A stretch of DNA of 57,763 nucleotides from a virus. Made by a program: the position numbers and the translations under genes. This document shows, piece by piece, positions 9,416 to 18,668 of the stretch. The stretch is from the IMG/VR virus record IMGVR_UViG_3300045988_077974, one strand, 5' to 3'. The number at the start of each line of letters is the position of its first letter. Positions within the stretch are counted from its first letter, which is position 1. Below the pieces are notes generated by a model. The model saw nothing but the letters and a program-made list of their open reading frames with translations. It made no database searches and was not told where the DNA came from.

Positions 9416-9446
9416 AAATAAAAAAGAGCGGTGTTATCCGCTCTTT
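9416..9446 (-). terminator. Rho-independent terminator after the zinc-ribbon ORF
   Basis: Stem AGAGCGG (9425-9431) pairs with CCGCTCT (9438-9444). The plus-strand A-run at 9420-9425 gives a U-tail on the minus strand. Confidence 0.65.
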
Positions 9447-9465
9447 TCGTAAATAAACAATATTT

Positions 9466-9807
9466 TTAGAATCCCTGTGATGCCGTTATAATTAAGCTAA
9501 CAACTATAAAAGCATATATACATGCATTCCTTGTCTTTTTCACGCTTCTCACATTATATTCCGGGTCTTTTGACCTTTTAGAGTAAATCGTCTGATAAAC
9601 AATAAGCCACCCAAGAATAACCAGGTACGCACCAACCCACCACGGGCTAAAACCCAAAAATAAAGAAAATGCTAAACTAAAAAAGCAAAGCAAATCCAAA
9701 ATTTTATTATTTGCTTCTTTCTTTTTCACCTTTGCTCCGCAATGCGGGCAACTGTCTGCTGTTGTGCTTACCTCATTTCCACATTCGCTACATTTAATCA
9801 TTGCCAT
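9466..9807 (-). CDS. Zinc-ribbon membrane protein (moron-like insert between tape measure and distal tail genes)
   Basis: CSECGNEVSTTADSCPHCG zinc ribbon followed by 3 hydrophobic segments. Has its own terminator. Confidence 0.65.
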   Translation of the reverse strand: MAMIKCSECGNEVSTTADSCPHCGAKVKKKEANNKILDLLCFFSLAFSLFLGFSPWWVGAYLVILGWLIVYQTIYSKRSKDPEYNVRSVKKTRNACIYAFIVVSLIITASQGF

Positions 9808-9867
9808 AATACTTATCCCTCCTGTTTTTAAAATTTACCCTATTATACACTACAAACGACAGATTGT

Positions 9868-12800
9868 CTATGCATAAAGCGGTCTGCCGTTTGTTTTCTT
9901 AAATTTTTCGTTTGCATCGGTCGTAATTCTGACGATATCACCATCAGAAACGCCCTCGACGTAAAGTGCTTGACCGTTTCCGCTGTTCATTTTGTTGATG
10001 GCAACAACCAGACTTGTAAGCACCGGGGTCATTACATTGTAAACAGCATCCGCAACACCTTTAGATGTAGATGCAATAATCTGGTCATTGTTGATTACTT
10101 TTGTCCTGTTGCCTTGTCTACCGACAAGCTCCGGTTTGCCATTTTCTCTCGCATAAAAAAGCTCACCCATTTTAGGGGTACCACCAGTTTCAAACGTAGC
10201 AATATGGCTTATATTAAAACCGAGCTTTCCTCCCCCTAATGCTTTTGGTATTTTTAATGATATCTTATTAAGATTATCAATAATTTTTCCGTTAATCCAT
10301 CCTATAAGCGTATTAATTCCTTTTTTTAATGTTTCCATAGAAAATATGCTCTTAATTTTTAAAGCCTTATCTCCCCACCATTTTTTAACATTGTCCCACC
10401 ATTTTGCTATCTCATTTGCTTTTGTGGCTAACGCAGATTTTACATTTACTGCTTTTTCTCCCCACCAGTCTTTTACATTTCCCCACCAATTTTTAACCTT
10501 GCTTTTGGTGGTCTCAAAATTTGATTTTACTGAAAGTGCTTTTTCTCCCCACCATTCTTTTACGCCAGTCCACCAGTCTCCTATAGACTTTTTCCATTCT
10601 CCAAATTTTATTTTAATGCTTAATCCCTTTTTGCTCCACCAGTCTTCAACATCTACCCACCAGTCAGCAAATGCTTGCCAAAAATCAGACCAATCCTCTG
10701 AATCCCACTTAAATACATCTGAAAAATTCAAATGATACGCATATTTTTTTTGATCGTCAGACATAATAAGCTTTCCTATTTCTTGACCTAAATGAAATCC
10801 GACAAAAGCTGCGGCCAACGCCGCTACCACTCCTCCAAGAATGCTTGCAGCTGTAGCGGCTGCACCGCTAGAAATGAATGTACCTATAAGTGACGGTATT
10901 TTTGTTACCGCCGTACCGATTGCACTGCAAATGGATTTTGCAATACTAGCGGTACCTCCAGCGTTGATAATTGCAAGTCCTATTTTATCCATTACATAAG
11001 ACGCAAGGTTTTTAAACACGCTCGTCCCAAGTCCTGTAAATTTAAGTGTAGCAAAAATACCGATAATTGCTGTTTCAATAGGTGCTGTTTCCATAGACCC
11101 TTTAATTGCTTTTCCAATGGCTTTTCCAATGGCAATCGCAAGTTTTCCAAAATCTAATGCAACCTTTCCAAAATCAATTCCAGAAAGAAAATTGCCTATA
11201 GATTGACCGACATTTTCCCAGTCAACTCCATCTAAAGCTGTTGTAAGCGTAGTTGCTATACCGCTAAATGTTGAGCTTATGCTTTTGCCAAGTTTTTTCC
11301 ATCCGCTTTTTCCGAATCCTTTGAAAAATCCATTTATTCCATCCGATATTTTAGTGCCTAAATCTTTCCATGTTTGTTTTTTTGATACTAAAGTATAAAG
11401 AGCATTTACTATGGAATCTACAAGCTTTCCAAAGTTTTCCCCAATACCAGATGCATTAATATCGGAAATTAATTGACCAATACGCTTTGCTATCAAACTC
11501 CAATCAGTACGATTTATTGCTGATATCATGCTTTTTAAAATTCCATTTACAACATTATTGAATGTAGAAGCAGTAAGACCTGCATTCCATGAAGTAAAAA
11601 ATCCGTTAATTCCAAGTCCTAAATTTCTTCCAAATTCATCCCACTTAAAAGTAGTCGCAAAACTATTTAGTCCAGTCAGGGCTGTATTTAATGAGTTTGC
11701 AATGGTTTTTCCTAAGTTTGAAAAAAGTCTTGCTCCCTCGCCTCCTGCAAAAAGTCCGTTAAGGAAAGATGCTAACCCCGTTCCAAATCCTGCCGCTTTT
11801 TGATAAATGGATTTCCAGTCAATATCCTCCATAGCCTTTGACAATGTTGTAGATATCTTTTTTCCAAGCTTTTCAAGTGTATCAATATCGCTTTCAAACT
11901 TCTTGAAAATGCTATCTTTCTGTTTCCACTTACCGCCACTTCCAGAGCCAATGTTAGACAGATTCCCAACACTAGTGCCTTTGTCATTTCCTGTACCGTC
12001 ATTATCTTTTCCTTTTGAGGATGTAAGGTTATTCAGACGGTCAAAGCCCTGCAACTGCTTATTGAACTCTTTTTGTGCCTTTGTAGCCTTTTTGGTAGCA
12101 TCGGCTGTATCGTTCGCTCCGTCAGCGGCATCTTCCATATCATCCTTGTAATTTTGAGTAACGCCGCCGCCCTCTTCATATTCCCATCCGAAAATCTTTC
12201 CAAGTGCGTCTCTGGCTGATTTTGCAAATTTATCCAGATGAACTAAAGTGCTGTTCATAGCTTTTACAAACGGCTTAAAAGCGTTAATCGCAATTTGACC
12301 AATCGTAGAGCCTAACTGCTGAAAATTTTGTTTCAGCATACGGGTTTGGTTTGCCCAGGTATTAGAAGTCCTAGAAAAATCCCCCTGTGCAGCACCGGTT
12401 TGTGAAATCACATACTGATAGCGGAGCATTGTCTTTTCCGCTTGTGACATAGATTTAATATTGGCATCTATGCCCTGCTTATGCGCCCACTCTTGAAGAG
12501 TTGCTTGCGTAAGGTCAATTCCATACTTTCTAAGTGGCATTGTTGTTCCGGTAAACACGGATTGCAGAGACTTGGCAACCTTTTCCTGATCTTCATTATA
12601 GAAAGATGCCATATCAGCAGACAGCTTTGTTAATTCAGTAGACATTCCCGACATTTTCTTTTGTGAAAATCCGACTGCTGTTCCCATTGCTTGGAAACGT
12701 CCGGCAATCTGCTTTGCTGTCAATTCAGACATACCGTAGTCTTGAATAGACGTTTTTGCCAAGTCTTCAATCTTGCTTTTATACTTTCCGAAACCAACGT

Positions 12801-14301
12801 CAACGACATTCTGAACCTCTGTCAAATTAGAAGAATAGTCCATTGCTGATTTTAGACCATTGAAAGCTCCCTTTGCCGCATTTACTCCGATAACAAGTTT
12901 TGTAAGCTTGGATGCAATGCCGCCGAATCCACTGCTTAATTTTCTTTGAGAAGAAAATCCGCTTTTTATTCTAGCAAAGAAAGAGCCGATAGACGCACTG
13001 GAAGCTTTTATGTTTTTCCCTATATTAGAAAAAGCCGAAATCATACTTTTTTGGAAAGAACCGGCATCTTTTCCAGTATCATTCAGCGTTTTTTTATAAG
13101 TCTTAAGCTCTGATTCCGCTTTTACAAGCTCTTGATATGATTTATCAAATCCCTCGTTTCCGAAACCGATACCGGCAGATTGCATCTTTTTAAGGTTTGC
13201 CCTTAATTTGCTTACTTTTGCATCTAAACTGTCTGTTTCTGTAATGTCGGTAGTAATTCCTTTTGCTTTCTGATTAAGCGCCGCCTTATACCTCTTTGCT
13301 TCGTCCGTAACTTTTGCCAAAGCCATATATGCAGTATCCCATTCAGAAGTACCCATTCCGAGACCGCTTTGCTCAACACTAGCCAAATACGATTTAGCAT
13401 CCTGCACCATAGCGGTATATCTCGAAATACCGTCTAAATTAGGATTAAGACCAGATTTTAACTCTTCCTTATAGTCTCTTACCTTTTTGTCAAGCTTTTC
13501 AACAGCTAAATAGGCATCATTCCACTCTTTATCTCCGACAGAATATCCTTGACTGGATAATTCCTTGAGGCGTTGCTTCGCATTATTAAGAGCGTCACCG
13601 TACTCATTTGTACTCTTTTCTGCTTTTTTAGTTTCTTTAATTGTCTGCATCAAAGAATCAGAATATCCAACCGCTGATTTCGGAATATAGGAAGTCTTTG
13701 GCTGTGCGGCTTTGGTATCTTTCAGACCGCCATTATCGCTACGGTTAATCTGAATCTGCTTTTGCGATGTTGCCATTTCTTTCATTTTCTTTGAAAGAGC
13801 ATCCATTTTGTTAATAGTTTCAGCAATATCGTACTGCATATTCACAAAAGAGCTTTTACCAGTAGATGCACTACCGGTAGCCAAAGCCTTTTTCTCTTTT
13901 TCTGCTAAATTATCCAGCTTCGCAGAAAGCTTGTCATACTCTTTCTGTAATTGTACGGTAGAACCATCAAACTTTGCATCTTTTCCGATTTCAGAAAACT
14001 TTTCCTGTAATGCTCTGATGGCTTCCATTCCAGTTTTTGTATCGACATTGACTTTTGTTTTTCTCTTTCCGAGATTTTTTACAGACTTATCAATTCCGTC
14101 AATAGCGGCTTTGGCGTCTTTCAGACCGCCATTTTTAACAATGCCATTAATATTTTTAGCAAAATTACCCAGTGCGGATGTATCAACTCCTCCAATAGCA
14201 GAAGATACCGCACCAAGCTTTTTTATAAGGCTATCAAGTGCGGCATTTGCCTTTTTCGCACTCGCTTCAATTTCTAACTCTAAGCTTTCCTCTGTAGCCA
14301 T
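9868..14301 (-). CDS. Tail tape measure protein (1477 aa)
   Basis: Size and position after the chaperones. Long coiled-coil N-terminus, TP901-type core (MSELTAKQIAGRFQAMG), Gly/Ala hydrophobic stretch and Trp-rich WW..KA repeats near the C-terminus. Confidence 0.92.
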   Translation of the reverse strand: MATEESLELEIEASAKKANAALDSLIKKLGAVSSAIGGVDTSALGNFAKNINGIVKNGGLKDAKAAIDGIDKSVKNLGKRKTKVNVDTKTGMEAIRALQEKFSEIGKDAKFDGSTVQLQKEYDKLSAKLDNLAEKEKKALATGSASTGKSSFVNMQYDIAETINKMDALSKKMKEMATSQKQIQINRSDNGGLKDTKAAQPKTSYIPKSAVGYSDSLMQTIKETKKAEKSTNEYGDALNNAKQRLKELSSQGYSVGDKEWNDAYLAVEKLDKKVRDYKEELKSGLNPNLDGISRYTAMVQDAKSYLASVEQSGLGMGTSEWDTAYMALAKVTDEAKRYKAALNQKAKGITTDITETDSLDAKVSKLRANLKKMQSAGIGFGNEGFDKSYQELVKAESELKTYKKTLNDTGKDAGSFQKSMISAFSNIGKNIKASSASIGSFFARIKSGFSSQRKLSSGFGGIASKLTKLVIGVNAAKGAFNGLKSAMDYSSNLTEVQNVVDVGFGKYKSKIEDLAKTSIQDYGMSELTAKQIAGRFQAMGTAVGFSQKKMSGMSTELTKLSADMASFYNEDQEKVAKSLQSVFTGTTMPLRKYGIDLTQATLQEWAHKQGIDANIKSMSQAEKTMLRYQYVISQTGAAQGDFSRTSNTWANQTRMLKQNFQQLGSTIGQIAINAFKPFVKAMNSTLVHLDKFAKSARDALGKIFGWEYEEGGGVTQNYKDDMEDAADGANDTADATKKATKAQKEFNKQLQGFDRLNNLTSSKGKDNDGTGNDKGTSVGNLSNIGSGSGGKWKQKDSIFKKFESDIDTLEKLGKKISTTLSKAMEDIDWKSIYQKAAGFGTGLASFLNGLFAGGEGARLFSNLGKTIANSLNTALTGLNSFATTFKWDEFGRNLGLGINGFFTSWNAGLTASTFNNVVNGILKSMISAINRTDWSLIAKRIGQLISDINASGIGENFGKLVDSIVNALYTLVSKKQTWKDLGTKISDGINGFFKGFGKSGWKKLGKSISSTFSGIATTLTTALDGVDWENVGQSIGNFLSGIDFGKVALDFGKLAIAIGKAIGKAIKGSMETAPIETAIIGIFATLKFTGLGTSVFKNLASYVMDKIGLAIINAGGTASIAKSICSAIGTAVTKIPSLIGTFISSGAAATAASILGGVVAALAAAFVGFHLGQEIGKLIMSDDQKKYAYHLNFSDVFKWDSEDWSDFWQAFADWWVDVEDWWSKKGLSIKIKFGEWKKSIGDWWTGVKEWWGEKALSVKSNFETTKSKVKNWWGNVKDWWGEKAVNVKSALATKANEIAKWWDNVKKWWGDKALKIKSIFSMETLKKGINTLIGWINGKIIDNLNKISLKIPKALGGGKLGFNISHIATFETGGTPKMGELFYARENGKPELVGRQGNRTKVINNDQIIASTSKGVADAVYNVMTPVLTSLVVAINKMNSGNGQALYVEGVSDGDIVRITTDANEKFKKTNGRPLYA

Positions 14302-14319
14302 TACCGCACCCCACTTTCA

Positions 14320-14424
14320 TTACTGTGCCTTGTTGTATACCAAAACAGAGTCTACGATTGCCTGTGCAATCTTACCCTGCGGATTATGACCGACGTGTAC
14401 CGTTACCGCTGTAATCTTTGCCAT
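14320..14424 (-). CDS. Possible 34-aa ORF (MAKITAVTVHVGHNPQGKIAQAIVDSVLVYNKAQ)
   Basis: GGAGGGATAAAG RBS before the ATG at 14424. Fills the gap between the chaperone and the tape measure. Very short. Confidence 0.3.
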   Translation of the reverse strand: MAKITAVTVHVGHNPQGKIAQAIVDSVLVYNKAQ

Positions 14425-14460
14425 CTTTATCCCTCCATTCAAAAAAAGACGGCGGGGCTT

Positions 14461-14829
14461 TTACACCTCGCCGTTACTTTCCATCAGTTTTCTACTCTGA
14501 ATTTCAAGCCTATGATTTGCACGTCTTGTAAGTGCATCAAGCCTTCGCGTTTCTGCTTCCGCCTTATCATTTTTAACATTATTAGAATCTTTATCCACTT
14601 CAATGTTTGAATAAAAAGGCTTCTCCGGATATTTTACCTTGTCTCCATTAAATGCACTTCCGATTGAAAATTGCGTGTAAAACCCAATAAGCCAAGCGAA
14701 ATACTCCCTATCATCGTTTTCGCTTTTCAATCTGTCGTTATATGCTGTAATTCTTCGATTTATCGCTGCCGGAGTCATATGAAAAAATTCACACTCTGTC
14801 AATCCGATTTTCAATGCTGCTGGCAACAA
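14461..14829 (-). CDS. Tail assembly chaperone, gpT-like -1 frame extension
   Basis: The motif LTECEFFHMTPAAINRRI..AYN is typical of the second chaperone ORF. It lies in the -1 frame relative to 14838..15305, and that frame stays open upstream past a TTTTTTC heptamer. Confidence 0.6.
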   Translation of the reverse strand: MLPAALKIGLTECEFFHMTPAAINRRITAYNDRLKSENDDREYFAWLIGFYTQFSIGSAFNGDKVKYPEKPFYSNIEVDKDSNNVKNDKAEAETRRLDALTRRANHRLEIQSRKLMESNGEV

Positions 14830-14837
14830 ATCTTCAA

Positions 14838-15305
14838 TTACTCGCTCTCGGAAACTTTTGGCTGCTTCTTCTTGTGATCCTGTGGTTTCTTCTGCTCTTT
14901 CTCCTCGGTCATCGGAGACATCATCTCTTCCAGACCGATCAGTTTGAAAAAACCATCTTCACCCATCTGATCTAACAACATTTCCATAACCGACCAGAAA
15001 TTTCCGTTGTTTTCCTTAATATAACTTTTCAAAAGGATTTTAGCCGTTTTCTTATCCGGCACCTCTCCGTCTCCCTCTTCCGTTCCGTGATGTTCCATAA
15101 GACCTGCATAAAACATAGAAAGAGCCACTTGAGGAATGTCTGAAATCCCTTTGAATTTTGTCTTAATGCTCTCAGCGTTATCGCCGTCTTCATTAACTGC
15201 CGTCATAAGATTTATTACTTTCTCTGTACACTCACCATACAATGAAGCTTCCACAGAAAATTCGATCTTATAATCTTTTCCAGAAATTTTCAAAACCTTA
15301 TACAT
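14838..15305 (-). CDS. Tail assembly chaperone (gpG-like)
   Basis: Position between the major tail and tape measure genes. Acidic C-terminus. Confidence 0.65.
   Translation of the reverse strand: MYKVLKISGKDYKIEFSVEASLYGECTEKVINLMTAVNEDGDNAESIKTKFKGISDIPQVALSMFYAGLMEHHGTEEGDGEVPDKKTAKILLKSYIKENNGNFWSVMEMLLDQMGEDGFFKLIGLEEMMSPMTEEKEQKKPQDHKKKQPKVSESE
14946..14952 (-). promoter_or_regulatory. Candidate -1 slippery heptamer U UUU UUC
   Basis: In the zero frame of 14838..15305 the sequence reads GGT TTT TTC. The -1 frame is open from here into 14461..14829 (checked by hand). Confidence 0.35.
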
Positions 15306-15454
15306 TTTACCTATCCTTTCCCTCCCTTTTTATAAGGGAAAGGGGCAGTCCGAAAACCGCCCCCTTATAAACTAATTATTAAGTTCTGTATCATCTACGG
15401 CTGATTCGTCATAGCCAGCCACAGCCTTTTTACTGCTCGTTTCAGACTGGCTAT

Positions 15455-15955
15455 CTATTCCCCCGAATGCTCGGTAGGAGTTACAGCTGTATCCTCTCCC
15501 TTAAGCTCGTCCGTGATACAGTTCATCTGCATTGTAAGAAGTCCGTTCTGCTCTTTTGCAGTCTTCGGGATTCTAGCAGGAGGAGACGCAACGATAAACT
15601 CCGCATTGGTAAGTCCCTCTGTAATTTCTTGGAACCAAACTCTTTTACCTGCTGCTTTAGCCGTCTGTGCTTCACTGATCAGATCGGTCCATTCCTTGAC
15701 CGTTTGGTCTGTCTTATTTACCGTAACAACGTAATTTTCCGTTACGGTATCTCTTCCGGCAATATTTCTCGTCTGCTTATCTTCCAAAGCAGAAGCGTCA
15801 ATAGCTTCCGGCTCAACCGTTACTTCGTCAATGGAGTTAATTCTGTGAAGCAACGTAAATTTAGTTGGTTTTTGACCAGCCACCGTTTCAATGCCATAAG
15901 ACAGAGTGGTACCGTTGGTGCTAACGCCAGCCACATAAGATGTATTATCTGCCAT
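15455..15955 (-). CDS. Major tail (tube) protein
   Basis: 166 aa, immediately upstream of the chaperone pair. Weak GC hairpin downstream at about 15340-15375. Confidence 0.7.
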   Translation of the reverse strand: MADNTSYVAGVSTNGTTLSYGIETVAGQKPTKFTLLHRINSIDEVTVEPEAIDASALEDKQTRNIAGRDTVTENYVVTVNKTDQTVKEWTDLISEAQTAKAAGKRVWFQEITEGLTNAEFIVASPPARIPKTAKEQNGLLTMQMNCITDELKGEDTAVTPTEHSGE

Positions 15956-16023
15956 TATTTACCTCTCTTTCTACCGCTAATTATTGCGGTCAGCGAACAT
16001 TTCAATAAATGCCCGGTACATAG

Positions 16024-16437
16024 TTACAAAATAGTGTCGTTCGCTCCATATAAGCGTCTAAAACGCATCGTTGAAGTATATATGCCGTCAGACTTTCCGT
16101 AAGTCGGCATACCGACAGCGTCAAATCTCAATTCCTTGAACGAATTTGCCACGGTTGCCGTTACCAATCGAACATCTGAACCGCTTGTATTTGAAGAAAT
16201 ATCGACTTGTATAGTTTCCAAAACTGCATTGACGGTTTGCCCGTCAAGCGTTTGTCCCTGTTCTAATCCAGACAGTTCGTGAATGTAAACAGTCGGAAAA
16301 ATAGGTTTTTGATTTGTTTCTCCCTCGTCCGTGATATACACATCAGGGAATTTCTTTTGCAAAATAGGCTCTGCTCTGGATTTCACAACATAAAAGATTG
16401 TGTTTCCAAGTTCAAACGCCCAACTGTTATCTACCAT
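16024..16437 (-). CDS. Putative tail terminator / completion protein (assigned by position)
   Basis: Gene order only. Confidence 0.4.
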   Translation of the reverse strand: MVDNSWAFELGNTIFYVVKSRAEPILQKKFPDVYITDEGETNQKPIFPTVYIHELSGLEQGQTLDGQTVNAVLETIQVDISSNTSGSDVRLVTATVANSFKELRFDAVGMPTYGKSDGIYTSTMRFRRLYGANDTIL

Positions 16438-16961
16438 CAGCTAAACACCTCCTTGAAAATCTTTTCATATTGCGAAATAATCTCCATACTAGCCTTATAA
16501 ATAGGCATTGTTGCTTTGATTCCTTTTGAATAGTGCCACTTATTATCATTACCGAGGTAATACCACCCATCTTCAAAGGCGTGTATTTGCCCCGGATATG
16601 TTCCGACACCATATCCCATATCGTTTGCTTTCGAGTTAGGCTCCGGGTTGTAGTGGATACCGGTACCAAATTCTACAGCTAAAACCGTGTAGAACGGGTC
16701 TCTGTCTTTTACCTCATGTACTTTACCAGTAGCAATCAAAACGGCTTTACAGCCCATTTTAGACGGTTCTCTGTCTATGCTAAGAGTTATTTGATTCCCG
16801 ATAGGGCTTTCATTGATTGCTTGTATCGCTACTTGCTCTCCAATTTTTGTCAATCGGTCAACATACTCTTTGCATTTTTTATTGATATCAGATTTATATT
16901 GCTCAATCTGCTTTATCGCTTCTTGAATAGACTTTTTCGACAACCCCATTTTTACCTTCAT
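16437..16961 (-). CDS. HK97 gp10-like head-tail component
   Basis: The VLAVEFGTG motif is typical of the HK97 gp10 family. Position is consistent. Confidence 0.6.
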   Translation of the reverse strand: MKVKMGLSKKSIQEAIKQIEQYKSDINKKCKEYVDRLTKIGEQVAIQAINESPIGNQITLSIDREPSKMGCKAVLIATGKVHEVKDRDPFYTVLAVEFGTGIHYNPEPNSKANDMGYGVGTYPGQIHAFEDGWYYLGNDNKWHYSKGIKATMPIYKASMEIISQYEKIFKEVFS

Positions 16962-16970
16962 AAAAACCGC

Positions 16971-17396
16971 CTACTTTGTTGTTTTCTGCAAAAGAAAAAG
17001 GTCTACTGTCAATCCCTCGTCAGCCACACCTTTGACGATGTAGTCAGCGGTCAAGATATCAACAAGACCTTCTTTCGTATGTCCCACGTCAGATTTTTTC
17101 CAAATATAATCACCGGACTTAATCGGCAAATATCCCTTGTCTGTCGTGATCTGGCAGTAAGATGTGCTATCATCAATACCAAACTCTTTGACAAGAACTT
17201 CCGAAAGTTTATTGCTGATATTTGCCATAAACGATACCGGCTCCGAAAATCCATCCACTTTTTTTGTGTAGTAGATTTTTTCGCCGTCTGACGTTTCGTA
17301 AAATTTACGATTTCCGTCATCGTCCGTCTCATAAATGGTTATTTTCTGACCGGCACGGGAATATTTCATTTTCTGTTTGTTAGCCTTTAAGCTCAT
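16971..17396 (-). CDS. Putative head-closure / head-tail adaptor protein
   Basis: Position. Preferred start is the ATG at 17396 behind GGAGGAAG (the track start 17423 would overlap the holin more). Confidence 0.45.
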   Translation of the reverse strand: MSLKANKQKMKYSRAGQKITIYETDDDGNRKFYETSDGEKIYYTKKVDGFSEPVSFMANISNKLSEVLVKEFGIDDSTSYCQITTDKGYLPIKSGDYIWKKSDVGHTKEGLVDILTADYIVKGVADEGLTVDLFLLQKTTK

Positions 17397-17592
17397 TTGC
17401 ATCTTCCTCCGGCAGTCCGGCAACGCTTGTCAGCAAAGATACCAGTCCTGCAAGAACGGAAGCCGACACAACCACCTTCCAATCTACCGCACTAATGACC
17501 ATGCTCGAACCGATTACACCAATTGCCGTTTGTGCAACTGTCTTTACCGCTCTGATTCCTGCTTTCTTCGCCCAGTCTTTCCAATCTCTCAT
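17380..17592 (-). CDS. Holin, phage r1t-type family
   Basis: WAKKAGIRAVKTVAQTAIGVIGSS...VDWKVVVSASVLAGLVSLLTSVAGLPE matches the r1t-holin pattern (ERAVKT.AQ...VDW...LLTS) as I remember it. Confidence 0.65.
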   Translation of the reverse strand: MRDWKDWAKKAGIRAVKTVAQTAIGVIGSSMVISAVDWKVVVSASVLAGLVSLLTSVAGLPEEDANELKG

Positions 17593-17919
17593 TTACGATG
17601 CCCCCTTACAATTGATACGTTCCGCAATTTCATTGATACGATGATGAGCTTGCTTTACGCTCTCCTCGACAACCGTAATTCTGCTATCGTGAGAATCAAG
17701 CTCCTTCTTCATTTCAGACCGTTCATTTTTCATTTCATTGATAGTGTCAAGTATTGCATCTAATTTCATATTGATTTTAGTGTTTTCCTTCACCCTATCT
17801 TCGATTTCCTTAGTATCTGTATGTTTGCTGTTTTTTGCATTGTAACTTAAGCTAAAAAAGCCGAAAAAGACGGAAAAAACGACCGAAACGCCGCTTATAA
17901 TAATTGGTATTATATTCAT
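17593..17919 (-). CDS. N-terminal TM plus coiled-coil protein (possible holin partner)
   Basis: MNIIPIIISGVSVVFSVFFGFFSL TM segment followed by a heptad-rich region. Stop abuts the holin start. Confidence 0.5.
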   Translation of the reverse strand: MNIIPIIISGVSVVFSVFFGFFSLSYNAKNSKHTDTKEIEDRVKENTKINMKLDAILDTINEMKNERSEMKKELDSHDSRITVVEESVKQAHHRINEIAERINCKGAS

Positions 17920-18021
17920 ATATACCGCCTTTCATAAAAAATGGCACGCCGCCCACCACCCTTAAAGCGTGCCGCCTGCTACCATTTTGTTGACCTAAAC
18001 AAAATCGCAACGCACAATCTT

Positions 18022-18402
18022 CTATAAGACTTTAGCAAACGGAAAAACTCCTGCCAGTAATTCTTTTCTGTCCTTCCAATTACGACTAATGCCGTTTTCG
18101 GAATAAGAAGACATATATGATTCGCCAGCTTGCGAATAATCATACACAGCAAGGTTGACAATGACTGATTGATATTTCTTCATATCTTCGTCTATTCGCT
18201 CATCGGTATAACTATCCGGATAATTTCTTAATGTCCTTATTTCTTCCGTTGCCTGCTCTATAAGCTGTTCGATAAGAGGGTTTTCCTCCTTTTTGTCAAA
18301 AACAACAACGTCAGAAGTGGTATCATCGCCGTTATCAACCGTATCAATATGAAATTGTTCTAATCGGATTTTCACCTGCTCTAACGTGCTGTATTTCGTC
18401 AT
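18022..18402 (-). CDS. Head-tail connector protein (gp6-like / DNA-packaging QLRG family)
   Basis: Position after the capsid genes. Pattern ...LIEQATEEIRTLRNYP...NLAVYDYSQ is typical of Phage_connect_1. Confidence 0.6.
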   Translation of the reverse strand: MTKYSTLEQVKIRLEQFHIDTVDNGDDTTSDVVVFDKKEENPLIEQLIEQATEEIRTLRNYPDSYTDERIDEDMKKYQSVIVNLAVYDYSQAGESYMSSYSENGISRNWKDRKELLAGVFPFAKVL

Positions 18403-18413
18403 ATGGATGCCTC

Positions 18414-18668
18414 CTACAAACCAAGCTTATCAACCAAAAGTTTTTTAAGGTCTGCCCCTGTATAGGTGTCAGCCTCTTCGATATCAAGTTCTTTTGCCAG
18501 TTTCTTTAAATCAGCCGTACTCATACGGGAAATTTCGGTTTTGGTATATTCCGGCGGATTCATATGATTAGAAAAAGCAGAAGTATTTTTATCCTCTGCT
18601 TTTCCCTTGATTTCCTCTCCCGGTCTATACCACACGCCGTTAATTTTTACGGAATGTGTTGCAACCAT
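18414..18668 (-). CDS. Small protein with Rho-N/SAP-like HeH motif
   Basis: The C-terminal MSTADLKKLAKELDIE...TGADLKKLLVDKL is a duplicated HeH motif, common just after capsid genes. Confidence 0.5.
   Translation of the reverse strand: MVATHSVKINGVWYRPGEEIKGKAEDKNTSAFSNHMNPPEYTKTEISRMSTADLKKLAKELDIEEADTYTGADLKKLLVDKLGL

Noticed and set aside
9970-14389. Plus-strand ORFs antisense to the tape measure gene (for example 10346..10735, 11528..11803, 13808..14389), and similar antisense ORFs in the portal, terL, capsid and ATPase genes
   Set aside because: These are shadow ORFs of long, well-supported minus-strand genes. They have low-complexity translations and no start signals.
17051-17332. Nested alternative-frame ORFs inside connector and tail genes (17051..17332, 16427..16669, 17979..18161)
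   Set aside because: They lie wholly inside better-supported ORFs on the same strand, in other frames.
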